From a virus (Duplodnaviria > Caudoviricetes), in the IMG/VR virus record IMGVR_UViG_3300032132_000439, positions 375-64,374 of that record: a stretch of DNA of 64,000 nucleotides; one strand, written 5' to 3'. This document shows positions 20,282-30,139 of this stretch, piece by piece. How positions within the stretch are numbered: the stretch's first letter is position 1; every line of letters starts with the position of its first letter. The notes under the pieces are model-generated. The model worked only from the letters and a program-made list of their open reading frames with translations, made no database searches and was not told the origin of the DNA. The position numbers and the translations under genes are program-made.

Positions 20282-20415
20282 AGTTTTCCGGGCTTTAGCC
20301 GGGTTTTCATATGCGACTCCAAGGAAAGAGGGAGGATCAATTTATTAAAATCGCATACTTACAATTACCATAACTAAACTGTTTGTCAAATAAAATCACC
20401 AAATTGGTGAATTAT

Positions 20416-22029
20416 TTACACTTCACCGGCTGGTTTGCCGGGTTTAGCTGGCTTTTCTGGTTCATCTTCAAGCTTCAAACTCTTGATCACACCCTTTTCG
20501 ACGGCCTTTTGTTCAAGCCGCTCCTCCCAATCGTTGCCATCTTGAGCCGCGATTGATTCAAGGGTTTCAACACCCATGTCCAAACCAAGCTCTTGAGCTT
20601 TACGTTCTTTCATCGGGTCAATTTGTGGTTTGCCGGACATAATGAATGCGCAACGTGCAAGAGCTTCCCAGTTGCCATAGAAATCTCCAACGCCCGGGGG
20701 CAAGTCAATTTCACCGATCAAGAAAGCCTCTTCAAGCCAAGCTGCAAACAATGGCTGCAATACTTGCGAGTGGACTGTTGAACGCGCAACCATGTAACCT
20801 TTCCAAACATCTGCGAGCGCCGTGCGGGCTGCAGCATAAGGCAATGAGCTGTAGTTTTTGGATAGGCTGGCAAAATCGATGCCGGTTGCCGCTGAGAATT
20901 GACGCAAGAAAGCGGCTTCAAACGCTGGAAAGTTTGCGTTCGATGTACTGCCCATTTTGATGTCGAGTTCTTCATTGGGCAATAAGTGGGGGATGCGCGC
21001 ACCTTGCATCGTGATCCCGGCGCTGCTGTGATATCCCTTCACTTGCTGCATATGATCAATGCCAAGGGCTGTGATCGCGTTGCCGCCTAACTTGTTCTTA
21101 AGCGCATCAAGATCGCTCCCGACAACCTCCATCGCCTTCTCATAAGGCAAGTTGGTTTTGATAACCGCTGCATATGATGCTTGCGTGACGGCACGCTGTA
21201 GCTCGGTTTTGTTGTAATTCTTTAGCATCTTCATGCTACCGATTGCGCTTGCGAACTTGCTAACGCCCCGGCTCATTTCTGCATAAGGTTGATCAAATGC
21301 GTGCAATACGATTGGTCGGCCCATTCGGGAAGACGTGCGCGCGCTCACATATCGCTTTGCGTGAACCAAGCCGTCAGTTTCGTTCGGGTGTTTCTTGCGA
21401 ATGTAATAGTGCGTTGGTGCGCCCATTGCATTGCGGCGAATACCGTGCCGCACATTGCGATCACTAGAATATTTGTCAGGCGTTTCGAGGCGATCAATAG
21501 AAATATGCTGCAAACACGTTCCAAATTTCAAGCCGCGCTTATATGCGGTTCGGTCAAATTGAACCAAGGCCAGCGCTTCACCATCAACAAAAATGCCCGC
21601 GTCCATAGTGCGCATCAATGCAGCAAGATCACCCCGGCGTTTTGCATCTACGTTGTGACGGAACCCATTTGCAAACAGGTCAAACTTGCGTTCCACTTGT
21701 CGCGCCCAATCCCGTGATTGTTCCGGTGAGATCCCGAGCAACTTATAATCAGGCTTCGCAGATAGTTTGATACGCGAACCAATTACGTTGTTTGTGTGCG
21801 CGTCCCGGGCGCTAACGGCAAAAGGGTCATTGCGCGTAAGTGAACGAGATCGCGAACGCAACAGCTCACCGGATTGATCAAATTCATTGTCGGCGCTGTT
21901 GTTGCTGGTGTACCAGTTACCACCCACTTCACCGCCCAGAGCTGCCCCGTCATAAGGCGTGCCGTAACCTAAGCTTGCTGTTGCCCCGGATAGAAAATCT
22001 GTGGCCTTGTTGATCATTTTAGTGAACAT
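20416..22029 (-). CDS. Portal protein, lambda family
   Basis: LR.RSR.L.RND, DGE, RGVS, IDP.KE motifs. Confidence 0.95.
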   Translation of the reverse strand: MFTKMINKATDFLSGATASLGYGTPYDGAALGGEVGGNWYTSNNSADNEFDQSGELLRSRSRSLTRNDPFAVSARDAHTNNVIGSRIKLSAKPDYKLLGISPEQSRDWARQVERKFDLFANGFRHNVDAKRRGDLAALMRTMDAGIFVDGEALALVQFDRTAYKRGLKFGTCLQHISIDRLETPDKYSSDRNVRHGIRRNAMGAPTHYYIRKKHPNETDGLVHAKRYVSARTSSRMGRPIVLHAFDQPYAEMSRGVSKFASAIGSMKMLKNYNKTELQRAVTQASYAAVIKTNLPYEKAMEVVGSDLDALKNKLGGNAITALGIDHMQQVKGYHSSAGITMQGARIPHLLPNEELDIKMGSTSNANFPAFEAAFLRQFSAATGIDFASLSKNYSSLPYAAARTALADVWKGYMVARSTVHSQVLQPLFAAWLEEAFLIGEIDLPPGVGDFYGNWEALARCAFIMSGKPQIDPMKERKAQELGLDMGVETLESIAAQDGNDWEERLEQKAVEKGVIKSLKLEDEPEKPAKPGKPAGEV

Positions 22030-22672
22030 CGAAACGAACTCCCCGCGCTGGTCCGCGTGACATTGTTAAATCAGGTAGGTCGGTGACTTCCTCACCGCAT
22101 AGCCCGTAAAATCTTTCATAAACAACCAAGAGCTTGTCGATACTTGAGGCGTGATACCAAACCTCTTGATCCTCATAGCGAACCCGCTGAGGTTTATCCG
22201 GGTTGAGTGTCAGCGTTTCAATTGCGTTGTAGATGTTGCGCAACAGTGTGGCACACCGGCTTTCCGCCGTTGTTTCCAACTGAGCAGATTGGGCTTTCTC
22301 GTGTTCCGCGACCGCAACACCATAAGTGATAACTTGCGTCGGGCTTGCAACACCACCAAAGCTAAGCGCCCCGGCTCCCGTTGCTAGACCACTGAAATTC
22401 ACCGCGCCCAAAGCTACGTTGCTAACATCAACCGCCACGGTGCCGCTTATCAGAAGAACCGATTGCGGTGTGTTGGTGATGCTGAGATCAAAAGTGTCAG
22501 TTGCGAATGTTACCGTGCCGATAACTTCCTCACTGTGAAACGTTCTGTCAGGATACGTGATTGCAAACGTGCCGGAAAATACCCCGGCATCATCAAACGT
22601 CCCCACAACGGTAGCATTGCCCAAAGTTGGGTCATTTGCCGCCAATGTAATTGACCGCCTATTAGTTGTCAT
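22019..22672 (-). CDS. gpW-like head completion protein with long N-terminal extension
   Basis: Between terminase and portal; C-terminal VRYEDQEVWY....I.KL and RGP.RGV.F resemble gpW. Confidence 0.6.
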   Translation of the reverse strand: MTTNRRSITLAANDPTLGNATVVGTFDDAGVFSGTFAITYPDRTFHSEEVIGTVTFATDTFDLSITNTPQSVLLISGTVAVDVSNVALGAVNFSGLATGAGALSFGGVASPTQVITYGVAVAEHEKAQSAQLETTAESRCATLLRNIYNAIETLTLNPDKPQRVRYEDQEVWYHASSIDKLLVVYERFYGLCGEEVTDLPDLTMSRGPARGVRFDVH

Positions 22673-24489
22673 GATGCGAACTCCGCGCCTAATGCGCTCA
22701 AACTAAGAGCGCCGTTGTTTGTTTCTTTGATCTTGTTCAAATTGTTCAAGCGCCCCTCAAAGTCAGGGTTAAGGCTATAACGAGCCGCCATCGCATAAAC
22801 GAACGTATCAATTGCTTCATTCCGAGCGCCGGGCTTTTTGAACCATTCCCGCTTGGGAAAACCGTTCATGTAAATGATACGGGATTTTTCCACGGTCATT
22901 TGCTCAAAATATCCAGCCTCATATCGGGTAGGAAAGTGAATGCAACCCGGCCCCGCTTCCACGATTGGATAACGTTGATAAATGAGCGTTTTCGCATCAT
23001 CCACGCCGACCAAGTAAAGTTGGGTTTTCCGAATGTTCTTGTTTGTTGATCGCTTCCAAATAGGCTTGTCAGGACCGGGAACGCCTTTGATCGCGTGCCA
23101 CGGCCTAAACGATGCATTGTGTTTGGCTGCAAACTCATAAACTTGTTGCGTTGTGTTACCATCGCCCGAGTCAATTGCCGCCGCTTCAACGCCAAGCATT
23201 TCACCACTAGGGTGTTTGAATTTTCGCTTTAGCTGTTCTTCAAGAGCACTCCAAACTTGCTGACTGTAGGGGCTGCCCGAAAGTATCACGTTGTCTTGTG
23301 ACCAACATTCCTCATCAAGACCCCAAGCCAAGAACTGCACTTCAAGGCGATCAGGTTGCACGTCAATGCCCGCTGTAACCAAGCATGCCCGTTTGTCTAT
23401 TACATCGGCTGGATAGTCCTCAGCACGGCTTTGCAAGCTTTCTGCGTTTGCAGTCTTGGCCAAGCTATCCTCAAAGGTTTCCGCCAACCGGGTATTTACG
23501 AACGTTTGCAACCGTGGCGGGTCATCTTTCACGTTCACAAAAAGCTCAGCCAGCTCACCGAGCTTTGCCCAAGGGCTGGCAATGGCGTTGAGGTGAAAAC
23601 CGGCCTTGCCGTTATATGGTGCCGTTGGAGTCCAAATTCCCCGCTGCACTGATTCATGTCGATCAGCTTTTGACCAATCACAACCACATGAAACGCAGTT
23701 ATATGAAGCCTCACGCGGACGGCCTTTAGGCCACTTCACCCGGGACCACTCCAAAATTTGCGGGTGATCGCAATGCATGCAAGGCACATAAAGAACCCGC
23801 TGATCAGTCTCCAAATATGCCGCCTCAATACGGCTCAAGCCCTTCACGGTTGGCGTGCTTGTAAGAATGATCTTACGGTTCTCACTAAAGGTGGCTGTAC
23901 GCTGAGCAACAAGCTCAACAGGATCGCCCTCACGGGTGCTGACGTTATACCGATCGATCTCATCAAGTAGGGCAACCCGAATAGGTCGGGAAGCAAGGCT
24001 TGATTCTGAATTTGATGTTACTAGCGTTAGGTGACCGCCCGGGAACTTAATGTAACCGTCTTTAATGCCGCCACCCTTTTTGCCGGGATCGCCGCACCGC
24101 TCTTTCAGCTCGGACATATCCCTAATCATCGGGTGTACGCGGTCATTCTGAAACGCTTGAGCCATAACCTCAGTTGGCTGTACAACCAGCATAGGGGCCG
24201 GGTCATGGTGTATATGATAGCCAACGGCATTAAGGATTAGCTCAGTTTTACCAAGCTGAGCGCCGAACAAGAGAACAACCTGTTCCGAGGCTCCATTGCT
24301 GATTTCACGCATAGGCTCGCGCAAGTATGGCGTTCGGCTTGTGCGCCACCTTCCCGGCTCCGCACTCGCTTCCCCGCTAAGCATGCGGTGATCATCTGCC
24401 CAAGTATCAATCGTATGATCCGGGGGCAGTTGAAAACCATCAACCCAACCTTGGCGAACCTCACCAACACGGTTGGGGGCAAGGGTCAT
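22669..24489 (-). CDS. Terminase large subunit (lambda GpA family)
   Basis: RTPYLRE, AQLGKTE Walker A, LLDEIDRY, STPT, GIDVQ.DR, NEA.D..VYA. Confidence 0.97.
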   Translation of the reverse strand: MTLAPNRVGEVRQGWVDGFQLPPDHTIDTWADDHRMLSGEASAEPGRWRTSRTPYLREPMREISNGASEQVVLLFGAQLGKTELILNAVGYHIHHDPAPMLVVQPTEVMAQAFQNDRVHPMIRDMSELKERCGDPGKKGGGIKDGYIKFPGGHLTLVTSNSESSLASRPIRVALLDEIDRYNVSTREGDPVELVAQRTATFSENRKIILTSTPTVKGLSRIEAAYLETDQRVLYVPCMHCDHPQILEWSRVKWPKGRPREASYNCVSCGCDWSKADRHESVQRGIWTPTAPYNGKAGFHLNAIASPWAKLGELAELFVNVKDDPPRLQTFVNTRLAETFEDSLAKTANAESLQSRAEDYPADVIDKRACLVTAGIDVQPDRLEVQFLAWGLDEECWSQDNVILSGSPYSQQVWSALEEQLKRKFKHPSGEMLGVEAAAIDSGDGNTTQQVYEFAAKHNASFRPWHAIKGVPGPDKPIWKRSTNKNIRKTQLYLVGVDDAKTLIYQRYPIVEAGPGCIHFPTRYEAGYFEQMTVEKSRIIYMNGFPKREWFKKPGARNEAIDTFVYAMAARYSLNPDFEGRLNNLNKIKETNNGALSLSALGAEFAS

Positions 24490-25040
24490 ATGTCAGCAAC
24501 CTCTTTTTGTAATTCTTCGATAGCCTCCCGAATTTCGGTTTTGAGGCCTTCTTTCCCCGCCTCAATCAGAAAGGGGGCTAATCTCGCGTTTAGGGTTTCC
24601 AGCTTCCGCCGCACCGCTGTGGCGATCTCAAAGCTATGAGATTTCACATCTGCAGCGCTCACCAGCTCCCCGGCTTCCTCTTCAAAGCGTAGCTTGGCGC
24701 GTTTTGCTTCATAGGCGGCTTTTTGCGCCCGTGCTTGCAAATACACCCGGTTGCTTTGATCCGCTTCCTGAGCGGCGCTTATTGCAGCAGCATTGTCCGC
24801 GCTCCGCGTTTGCGGTGCTGGCGTTTGTCTGGGCTCCGGTGTCTCCGGCTCCGTTGTTGTGTTGTTTGCCCGGCGGCTGTGTTGGTCAAGTGATGCAATA
24901 AGGCGATCAACATCGGCGGTCAGGTATAACCCATCGTCACCGCGTGAAATCCGTCCCTGAGCTTCAAGCGCTCGAATGCGCCGGTCACTAACACCAGCTC
25001 TCCGCGCCGCTGCAGTCTGGTTGAGGCGTTCAGCACTCAT
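24486..25040 (-). CDS. Terminase small subunit (Nu1-like)
   Basis: N-terminal HTH, Y..ARA....A....L......GELV. Confidence 0.85.
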   Translation of the reverse strand: MSAERLNQTAAARRAGVSDRRIRALEAQGRISRGDDGLYLTADVDRLIASLDQHSRRANNTTTEPETPEPRQTPAPQTRSADNAAAISAAQEADQSNRVYLQARAQKAAYEAKRAKLRFEEEAGELVSAADVKSHSFEIATAVRRKLETLNARLAPFLIEAGKEGLKTEIREAIEELQKEVADI

Positions 25041-25206
25041 AAAACACCTATTTATTCGATTTTGTCACATTACCATTCCGCGCTGTTTTGTCAAACAATT
25101 CCCGCAATTGGTAATTATTTTATCAAAAGTGCATCTTTTTTATTGCAGTATTGGTAAATCCGGTTCAGAGTGTGGTTACTGGCTAAGGAAATTGGAGAGC
25201 AAAACA

Positions 25207-26310
25207 ATGATCACAACTGACCGCACATATGGCGTTGAAATTGAAGGCGTTATGCCATCGGGTATCTCAAGAGCTGAGGTAACTTTCGCACTTAAACAAG
25301 CTGGCATGGACGTTGAATTGGAAAGTTACAACCACATTGTCCGCCCAAGCTGGAAAGTTACAACTGACGCAAGCGTTGGATACGGTAGCGGTTTCGAGTT
25401 GGTTAGCCCGATCCTAAAAGGCGCTGACGGTTTGCGCCAATTGTTCACCGCCCTAACGGCCTTAACTGAGCTTGGCTGCTCTGTGAATAAGTCTTGCGGT
25501 ATGCATGTACACGTTTACGCTGGTGATTTCTCAGCTAAGGAAATCGGCAAAATTTCCAAGTGCTTTTTGATGTATGAAAACTTTTTTGACTACATTATGC
25601 CTTTGAGCCGCCGTGGTTCTTCAAACCGATATGTTAAATCGAACCGCTTGCATTCAGGTGGCGGTTATAAGCCTTTCCATGCTAACGCCGGTATGGATCG
25701 CATAAGCGCTGCAAAAACAATCTATGAAGTTTATAACGCTGTTCAAAGTGATCGCTTCTACAAATTCAACTTGCAAAACCTTGTTGGCGGCCACCGCTTC
25801 AACACTATCGAATTTCGCCAGCACGTTGGCACGATGGACACACAAAGCGCCCTGAATTGGGTTGCTCTTTTGGTTTCGTTTGTCGAGAACGCTGCAAAAT
25901 CAAAAATCCGTAAACGCGAAAGCTTCAAGGACGCTGACAAGCACTTGCGCGCTGGCCGTGAAATGGCTGACTTTTTCCGCATGTTTAAAACGCCTGAGGC
26001 GGTTCAATCTTACTATAAGGATCGCTATGCATTTTTCCGCGATGAAGAAACGGCAGTCATCAAGGCTGAGAAAGATGCGATCATACGCCGTGAGGAAATC
26101 ATCGGCAACATTACCGATCTAATCGAGCGCGCCACGGCAAAGCTTGAACACATGGCTACTTTCAAGCGCCGTCAGTGGAATAAAGAGGGCCGTTTGCGCC
26201 GCAATATCCGCATCCTGCAAAACCCAACCGCTGAGACAAATTCAAAGCTTGAAGTGGCCGTGCGCCAACTTGAACTTGCACTTACACCGCGCACCCGCCG
26301 CGCCGCTTAA
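25207..26310 (+). CDS. Putative amidoligase (Amidoligase_2, COOH-NH2 ligase)
   Basis: TYGVEIE, W.VT.D.S, ELVSP.L, SCG.HVH, TIEFRQH.GT; RBS TTGGAGAG before ATG 25207. Confidence 0.9.
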   Translation: MITTDRTYGVEIEGVMPSGISRAEVTFALKQAGMDVELESYNHIVRPSWKVTTDASVGYGSGFELVSPILKGADGLRQLFTALTALTELGCSVNKSCGMHVHVYAGDFSAKEIGKISKCFLMYENFFDYIMPLSRRGSSNRYVKSNRLHSGGGYKPFHANAGMDRISAAKTIYEVYNAVQSDRFYKFNLQNLVGGHRFNTIEFRQHVGTMDTQSALNWVALLVSFVENAAKSKIRKRESFKDADKHLRAGREMADFFRMFKTPEAVQSYYKDRYAFFRDEETAVIKAEKDAIIRREEIIGNITDLIERATAKLEHMATFKRRQWNKEGRLRRNIRILQNPTAETNSKLEVAVRQLELALTPRTRRAA

Positions 26311-26325
26311 TTGAAAGAGAACATC

Positions 26326-26799
26326 ATGACAAATTCAAAATATTATTTCGCTTACGGCTCTAACTTGAACGTTGAACAAATGAAATTCCGGTGCCCTAAA
26401 GCCAAGCTTATCAAAACCGCGCATTTGCCAGATTGGAGGCTTGTGTTTAGAGGCGTTGCTGACGTGGAGCCGTTTGAAGGGCTTTCCGTTCCCGGTGCCT
26501 TGTGGGCTGTGACCGAAGAATGTGAGAAGTCGCTAGATCAGTATGAGGGTTGCCGCCCTGACGGTAATGGTCTTTATCGCCGTGAGTTCATTGATGTTGT
26601 GACTGAGAGCCCGAACGGGGCTCCCATAAAAGAAACTGCGCTTGTCTACATCATGAACCGTGACGGGTATGATGCGCCGGGGGAGATTTACGCCAGAAGC
26701 ATTATTGATGGCTATAAGCACAACAATCTTGACCCACAACCACTCTATCAAGCCATATCATACGCCTTTGACAACTCCCCAAGCCTAGCCGAGATTTAG
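26326..26799 (+). CDS. Gamma-glutamylcyclotransferase (GGCT/AIG2-like)
   Basis: YFAYGSNL..QM..RCP, LD.YEG. Confidence 0.92.
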   Translation: MTNSKYYFAYGSNLNVEQMKFRCPKAKLIKTAHLPDWRLVFRGVADVEPFEGLSVPGALWAVTEECEKSLDQYEGCRPDGNGLYRREFIDVVTESPNGAPIKETALVYIMNRDGYDAPGEIYARSIIDGYKHNNLDPQPLYQAISYAFDNSPSLAEI

Positions 26800-28179
26800 A
26801 GCTTTCAAAACATGGGGAGATCGCGCCAATGGTCGTGATTTCCCTAACATCATTTCAAACTCATATTTAACGGCGCTGGTGACTTGATCAACCGGCAATT
26901 CTTCGGTTTTGATCCCCATGCATTGCCATGAGCTATCGCCGCCCCCGCCTTTCATTTCTTTGCAGGAATAGCCGTATTGATCGCATAGGTCGCGGACTTC
27001 ATCGCGGGAATGGTATTTCTGGTAAAACCACTCACCATTGCGGTATAGGGCCGTGAGGTTGTTTTCATCCAAGAACTCAACATAGCGCATGCTCGGTGAG
27101 CTTCGGTTGATTGTTTGCCGATCAAATGATTTGCGATAATCAAGGCAACGCCCTGAGAAGAAAATGCGACCGCCCACTTTGCAAGCTGCATTGATGAACG
27201 TCAGCACCGCATCTTGAGCTTCCATGCAATCAACGCTGTTCATCACGCTATCAAGAACAACAGCGTCATAACCGCCGTTCTTTTCAATATCCGCGCACAT
27301 GTGATCGATCATGGCATTGATCGCGCTTGCATCTAATGTTTTGGAGCCGCCTACTCGGCGGAACAATTCAACGTCATGCACGTTGAAGCCCTGCTCACGC
27401 AAAAACTTCGCATAATCGCCTTGCCCTGCGCCGAAATCCAGAACCCGGGCCTCACGGTTATTTAAAAGCCAGGGAATTACAAGCTTCTCATAAAGGTTGC
27501 TCTTGTTTTCCTTACCGCTATCGGTTTTGCGCTTGCGATACATTTGCGCGAAAGTTTGAATGTACGTGTTCCGCGGGAGATGCTCATAACTGAAAACACC
27601 GTATTCCCGGCTCAGAAATTGCACGTATTCGTCCCGGCGCTCATCTGGCACAACAAACACCGTGAGGTCACAACCGAGCAATTTTGCGGCCAAAGCATAT
27701 TGCGCGCAATGAATGATCTCGCCCGACTGGGTAGCAACAACGCCACCCCATGAGCCAAATTTGACAATCAATTTGCAGATTTCTTGACGTACGTTTACGC
27801 CGGTTGCACGCAAATTGCCCTCAAGCGTATCGCCTTTTATGACGGTATACCCAAGCTCGGGAAAGCCGCCCTTGAGACTGCACGCCTCATCGCCACGGTC
27901 CAAATCGGTGCCGTTGTGAAGTTGGTTGAAACGAACTTCATCATATGTAGTGGTTTTGGCTGACAGGACATAAACGGGAGCCGTTGTTTCGCCCAATGCA
28001 CGCAAAGCCCGTGTGCGCTGGTGACCGGCAACCAATAAGTCGCCGCGAACAATTAGCGGTTTAACAATCCCAAAACGCTTGATGCTTTCTTTCAGAACTT
28101 CAATGTCGTCATCATCAATCTTGCGCGGGTTGTAAGCCGCCCCACGCAAGCCGTCCAATGAATAAGCAGGATCAAGCAT
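26785..28179 (-). CDS. ParB-N domain + class I SAM-dependent methyltransferase fusion
   Basis: YNPR.I, FG..P, AGHQR; VLDFGAGQG motif I; LDSVMNSV. Confidence 0.8.
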   Translation of the reverse strand: MLDPAYSLDGLRGAAYNPRKIDDDDIEVLKESIKRFGIVKPLIVRGDLLVAGHQRTRALRALGETTAPVYVLSAKTTTYDEVRFNQLHNGTDLDRGDEACSLKGGFPELGYTVIKGDTLEGNLRATGVNVRQEICKLIVKFGSWGGVVATQSGEIIHCAQYALAAKLLGCDLTVFVVPDERRDEYVQFLSREYGVFSYEHLPRNTYIQTFAQMYRKRKTDSGKENKSNLYEKLVIPWLLNNREARVLDFGAGQGDYAKFLREQGFNVHDVELFRRVGGSKTLDASAINAMIDHMCADIEKNGGYDAVVLDSVMNSVDCMEAQDAVLTFINAACKVGGRIFFSGRCLDYRKSFDRQTINRSSPSMRYVEFLDENNLTALYRNGEWFYQKYHSRDEVRDLCDQYGYSCKEMKGGGGDSSWQCMGIKTEELPVDQVTSAVKYEFEMMLGKSRPLARSPHVLKALNLG

Positions 28180-28837
28180 TTTCACCCGCCCGAGCCAGCA
28201 ACCAACGGACAAATCCGAAATATGCGCCGTGGCTTTCTGAATACATCGTCAGCGTGTCTTTGAGATCAGCCGCCTCTTGATCCGTCATTGGAACCTTGAT
28301 GCCATCAAAGTTGAATGTCGGGCCGGTCACGCCGGTTGTTGATTCATCGCTGCTTTCGGATGAGATATCAACATGATCGCCACCGCTACCGTCATCAACG
28401 GCATTGTAAGTGGTGTTTTCACCGGTGCCACTGTCCATGAGGTTGTCGAGAATATCAGGATCGAACGCAGCAACTTCCAGATCGAAGCCCTGCTCTTCCA
28501 GAGCTTTCAACTCAGTTGTGAGCAATCCATAATCCCATTGGGAATATTCGCCGGACTTGTTGTCCGTGATCCTGTACATCTGGGCTTGCTCATCGGACAA
28601 ATCCGAGGCCACCTTAACGGGAACCTCAGTGTAACCGAGCTTTTGAGCGGCGCGCCACCGGGTGTGTCCTACGATAATTACGCCGGTCCCATCTACGACG
28701 ATCGGTTGCTGAAAACCGAATTGTTCCAACGACATAGCGACCTTATCGACCGCCTCATCAGAGATGCTTCGTGGATTGTTGTCGTATGGCAATACATCCT
28801 GTATTGGCCAATCGGTAACATCAAACGTCCGTTCCAT
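28172..28837 (-). CDS. ParB/Srx N-terminal domain protein
   Basis: PY.NNPR, FGFQQPIVVD, GHTR..AA..LG, DNK..E...WD. Confidence 0.88.
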   Translation of the reverse strand: MERTFDVTDWPIQDVLPYDNNPRSISDEAVDKVAMSLEQFGFQQPIVVDGTGVIIVGHTRWRAAQKLGYTEVPVKVASDLSDEQAQMYRITDNKSGEYSQWDYGLLTTELKALEEQGFDLEVAAFDPDILDNLMDSGTGENTTYNAVDDGSGGDHVDISSESSDESTTGVTGPTFNFDGIKVPMTDQEAADLKDTLTMYSESHGAYFGFVRWLLARAGENA

Positions 28838-28899
28838 TTTTCTCTCCTAAGTGATTGTTTTTATTGTAGTGAATTTATTGCAGGGGTATTTTGTTCCAC

Positions 28900-28985
28900 C
28901 GGACCCTGTAAAAATTTCAGAAACTAGCCAGATATCGGGGGCAACGCTTACCCGCATGGGTGAAGCTTAGCTCCGTAGTACCTTA
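28900..28985 (-). other. Possible cos/packaging initiation region
   Basis: Intergenic GGTACT...GCGGG...CCCCG pattern of the kind seen upstream of GpA-type terminase operons; inference only. Confidence 0.3.
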
Positions 28986-29088
28986 AATGTTAATGAAACC
29001 AATCACTTAGCATGTCTTGCTAATGTGCTGACTCATTGAGTGGGAAGTGGTGGGGTTTTGCAGTATAAACACTGAGTAGAATAATATT

Positions 29089-29661
29089 CTAACCAGCTAC
29101 ACCAAACTGCTTGGCGTAACGCTTCATCAATCGATCCATCTCGTGAATGATACGAGGCCCGGCCACCTTGTTAGCCGCCTCATGCATCCTCACCTTAGAT
29201 TGCCCCTTGATCATCTCGTTGGGTATGCTAGGCCCGAACTCTTTCTTAATGGGTAAGCGCTTACGCCCTACCCGATGAAAGACGTGGCCACCCATCTTGC
29301 CCACGATGAATGAGCCACGATTCAAGGTGCGCTTGCCCCATGCACGGTGTGTTACACCCTTGCGCGTCTGACGGGGCTTAAACCGCTTCAAGGGCAGATA
29401 TACGCCTGAGCTTTCAATAACGAAGTCAAGCCGCCCGGCATAAGCTGTGAGCTTACGCAAATTGCCGTGGCTTACGATATCCCGTTGGATCAACCCAACC
29501 TCTTTGGATAGCGTGCGGCGAACTTGCGTAAATGCACTACTGCCCGCACGGTTTAGCACGCGGGCAATAACTTTTGATTTCTCTTTGCCGCCAAGCGCCT
29601 GAAACGCCCGCTCAAGCCCTTTGATATCCTCAGCGCTAAAACGTACGTGTCCAACAGCCAT
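29089..29661 (-). CDS. Minor tail / virion morphogenesis protein (gpZ-like)
   Basis: R.LNR, VF.R.G..RLPI....GPS.P. Confidence 0.8.
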   Translation of the reverse strand: MAVGHVRFSAEDIKGLERAFQALGGKEKSKVIARVLNRAGSSAFTQVRRTLSKEVGLIQRDIVSHGNLRKLTAYAGRLDFVIESSGVYLPLKRFKPRQTRKGVTHRAWGKRTLNRGSFIVGKMGGHVFHRVGRKRLPIKKEFGPSIPNEMIKGQSKVRMHEAANKVAGPRIIHEMDRLMKRYAKQFGVAG

Positions 29662-29669
29662 GCGGCCTC

Positions 29670-29840
29670 CTAACGCCTAATAGAGCGCCTTGCAGCTATT
29701 GCGCGGGCAATGCTGCGCATATCGGTGCGGGTTGCTTGGTTAAACTTGTTAACAGCTCGCCCAAGAGCGCGGGGATTGCGTTCGCCAATCGCAACCGCCG
29801 CACTCTTGATCGCATTTGCACGGTCGGTGCATCCGCACAT
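29670..29840 (-). CDS. Small basic hypothetical protein (not in ORF track)
   Basis: MCGCTDRANAIKSAAVAIGERNPRALGRAV..., 56 aa, ATG overlaps upstream stop. Confidence 0.5.
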   Translation of the reverse strand: MCGCTDRANAIKSAAVAIGERNPRALGRAVNKFNQATRTDMRSIARAIAARRSIRR

Positions 29841-30127
29841 TAGATTGAGATTTCTTCAATGAAATATGCCAGCTCAGCGTCATCGTCTTGACCTGTGGCC
29901 TTTGCAACGATTTTGATCTCATCACCAAGTGCTAGGGCTGCAGGAACATCGTTCATGCTTGTGTGTGGCCAAGACTGCACTGGATACCATCCAGCCGCGC
30001 CGTTGGGCTTTAGGTAAATGTTTGCGCTCATTTCATTCGCATCTTTGAAAATAGCGCGGTATGCGTTGCCGGTTGTTAGTGTAACAACAGGGCTTTCGAG
30101 GTTGTCGCGAGTAAGAATGCCTTCCAT
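29840..30127 (-). CDS. Hypothetical protein
   Basis: ORF with RBS in late operon. Confidence 0.55.
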   Translation of the reverse strand: MEGILTRDNLESPVVTLTTGNAYRAIFKDANEMSANIYLKPNGAAGWYPVQSWPHTSMNDVPAALALGDEIKIVAKATGQDDDAELAYFIEEISI

Positions 30128-30139
30128 GACATTTCCCTT

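Noticed and set aside
24976-25206. N-terminal 77 aa of the 444-aa ORF
   Set aside because: Overlaps terminase small subunit and promoter region; RBS supports ATG 25207
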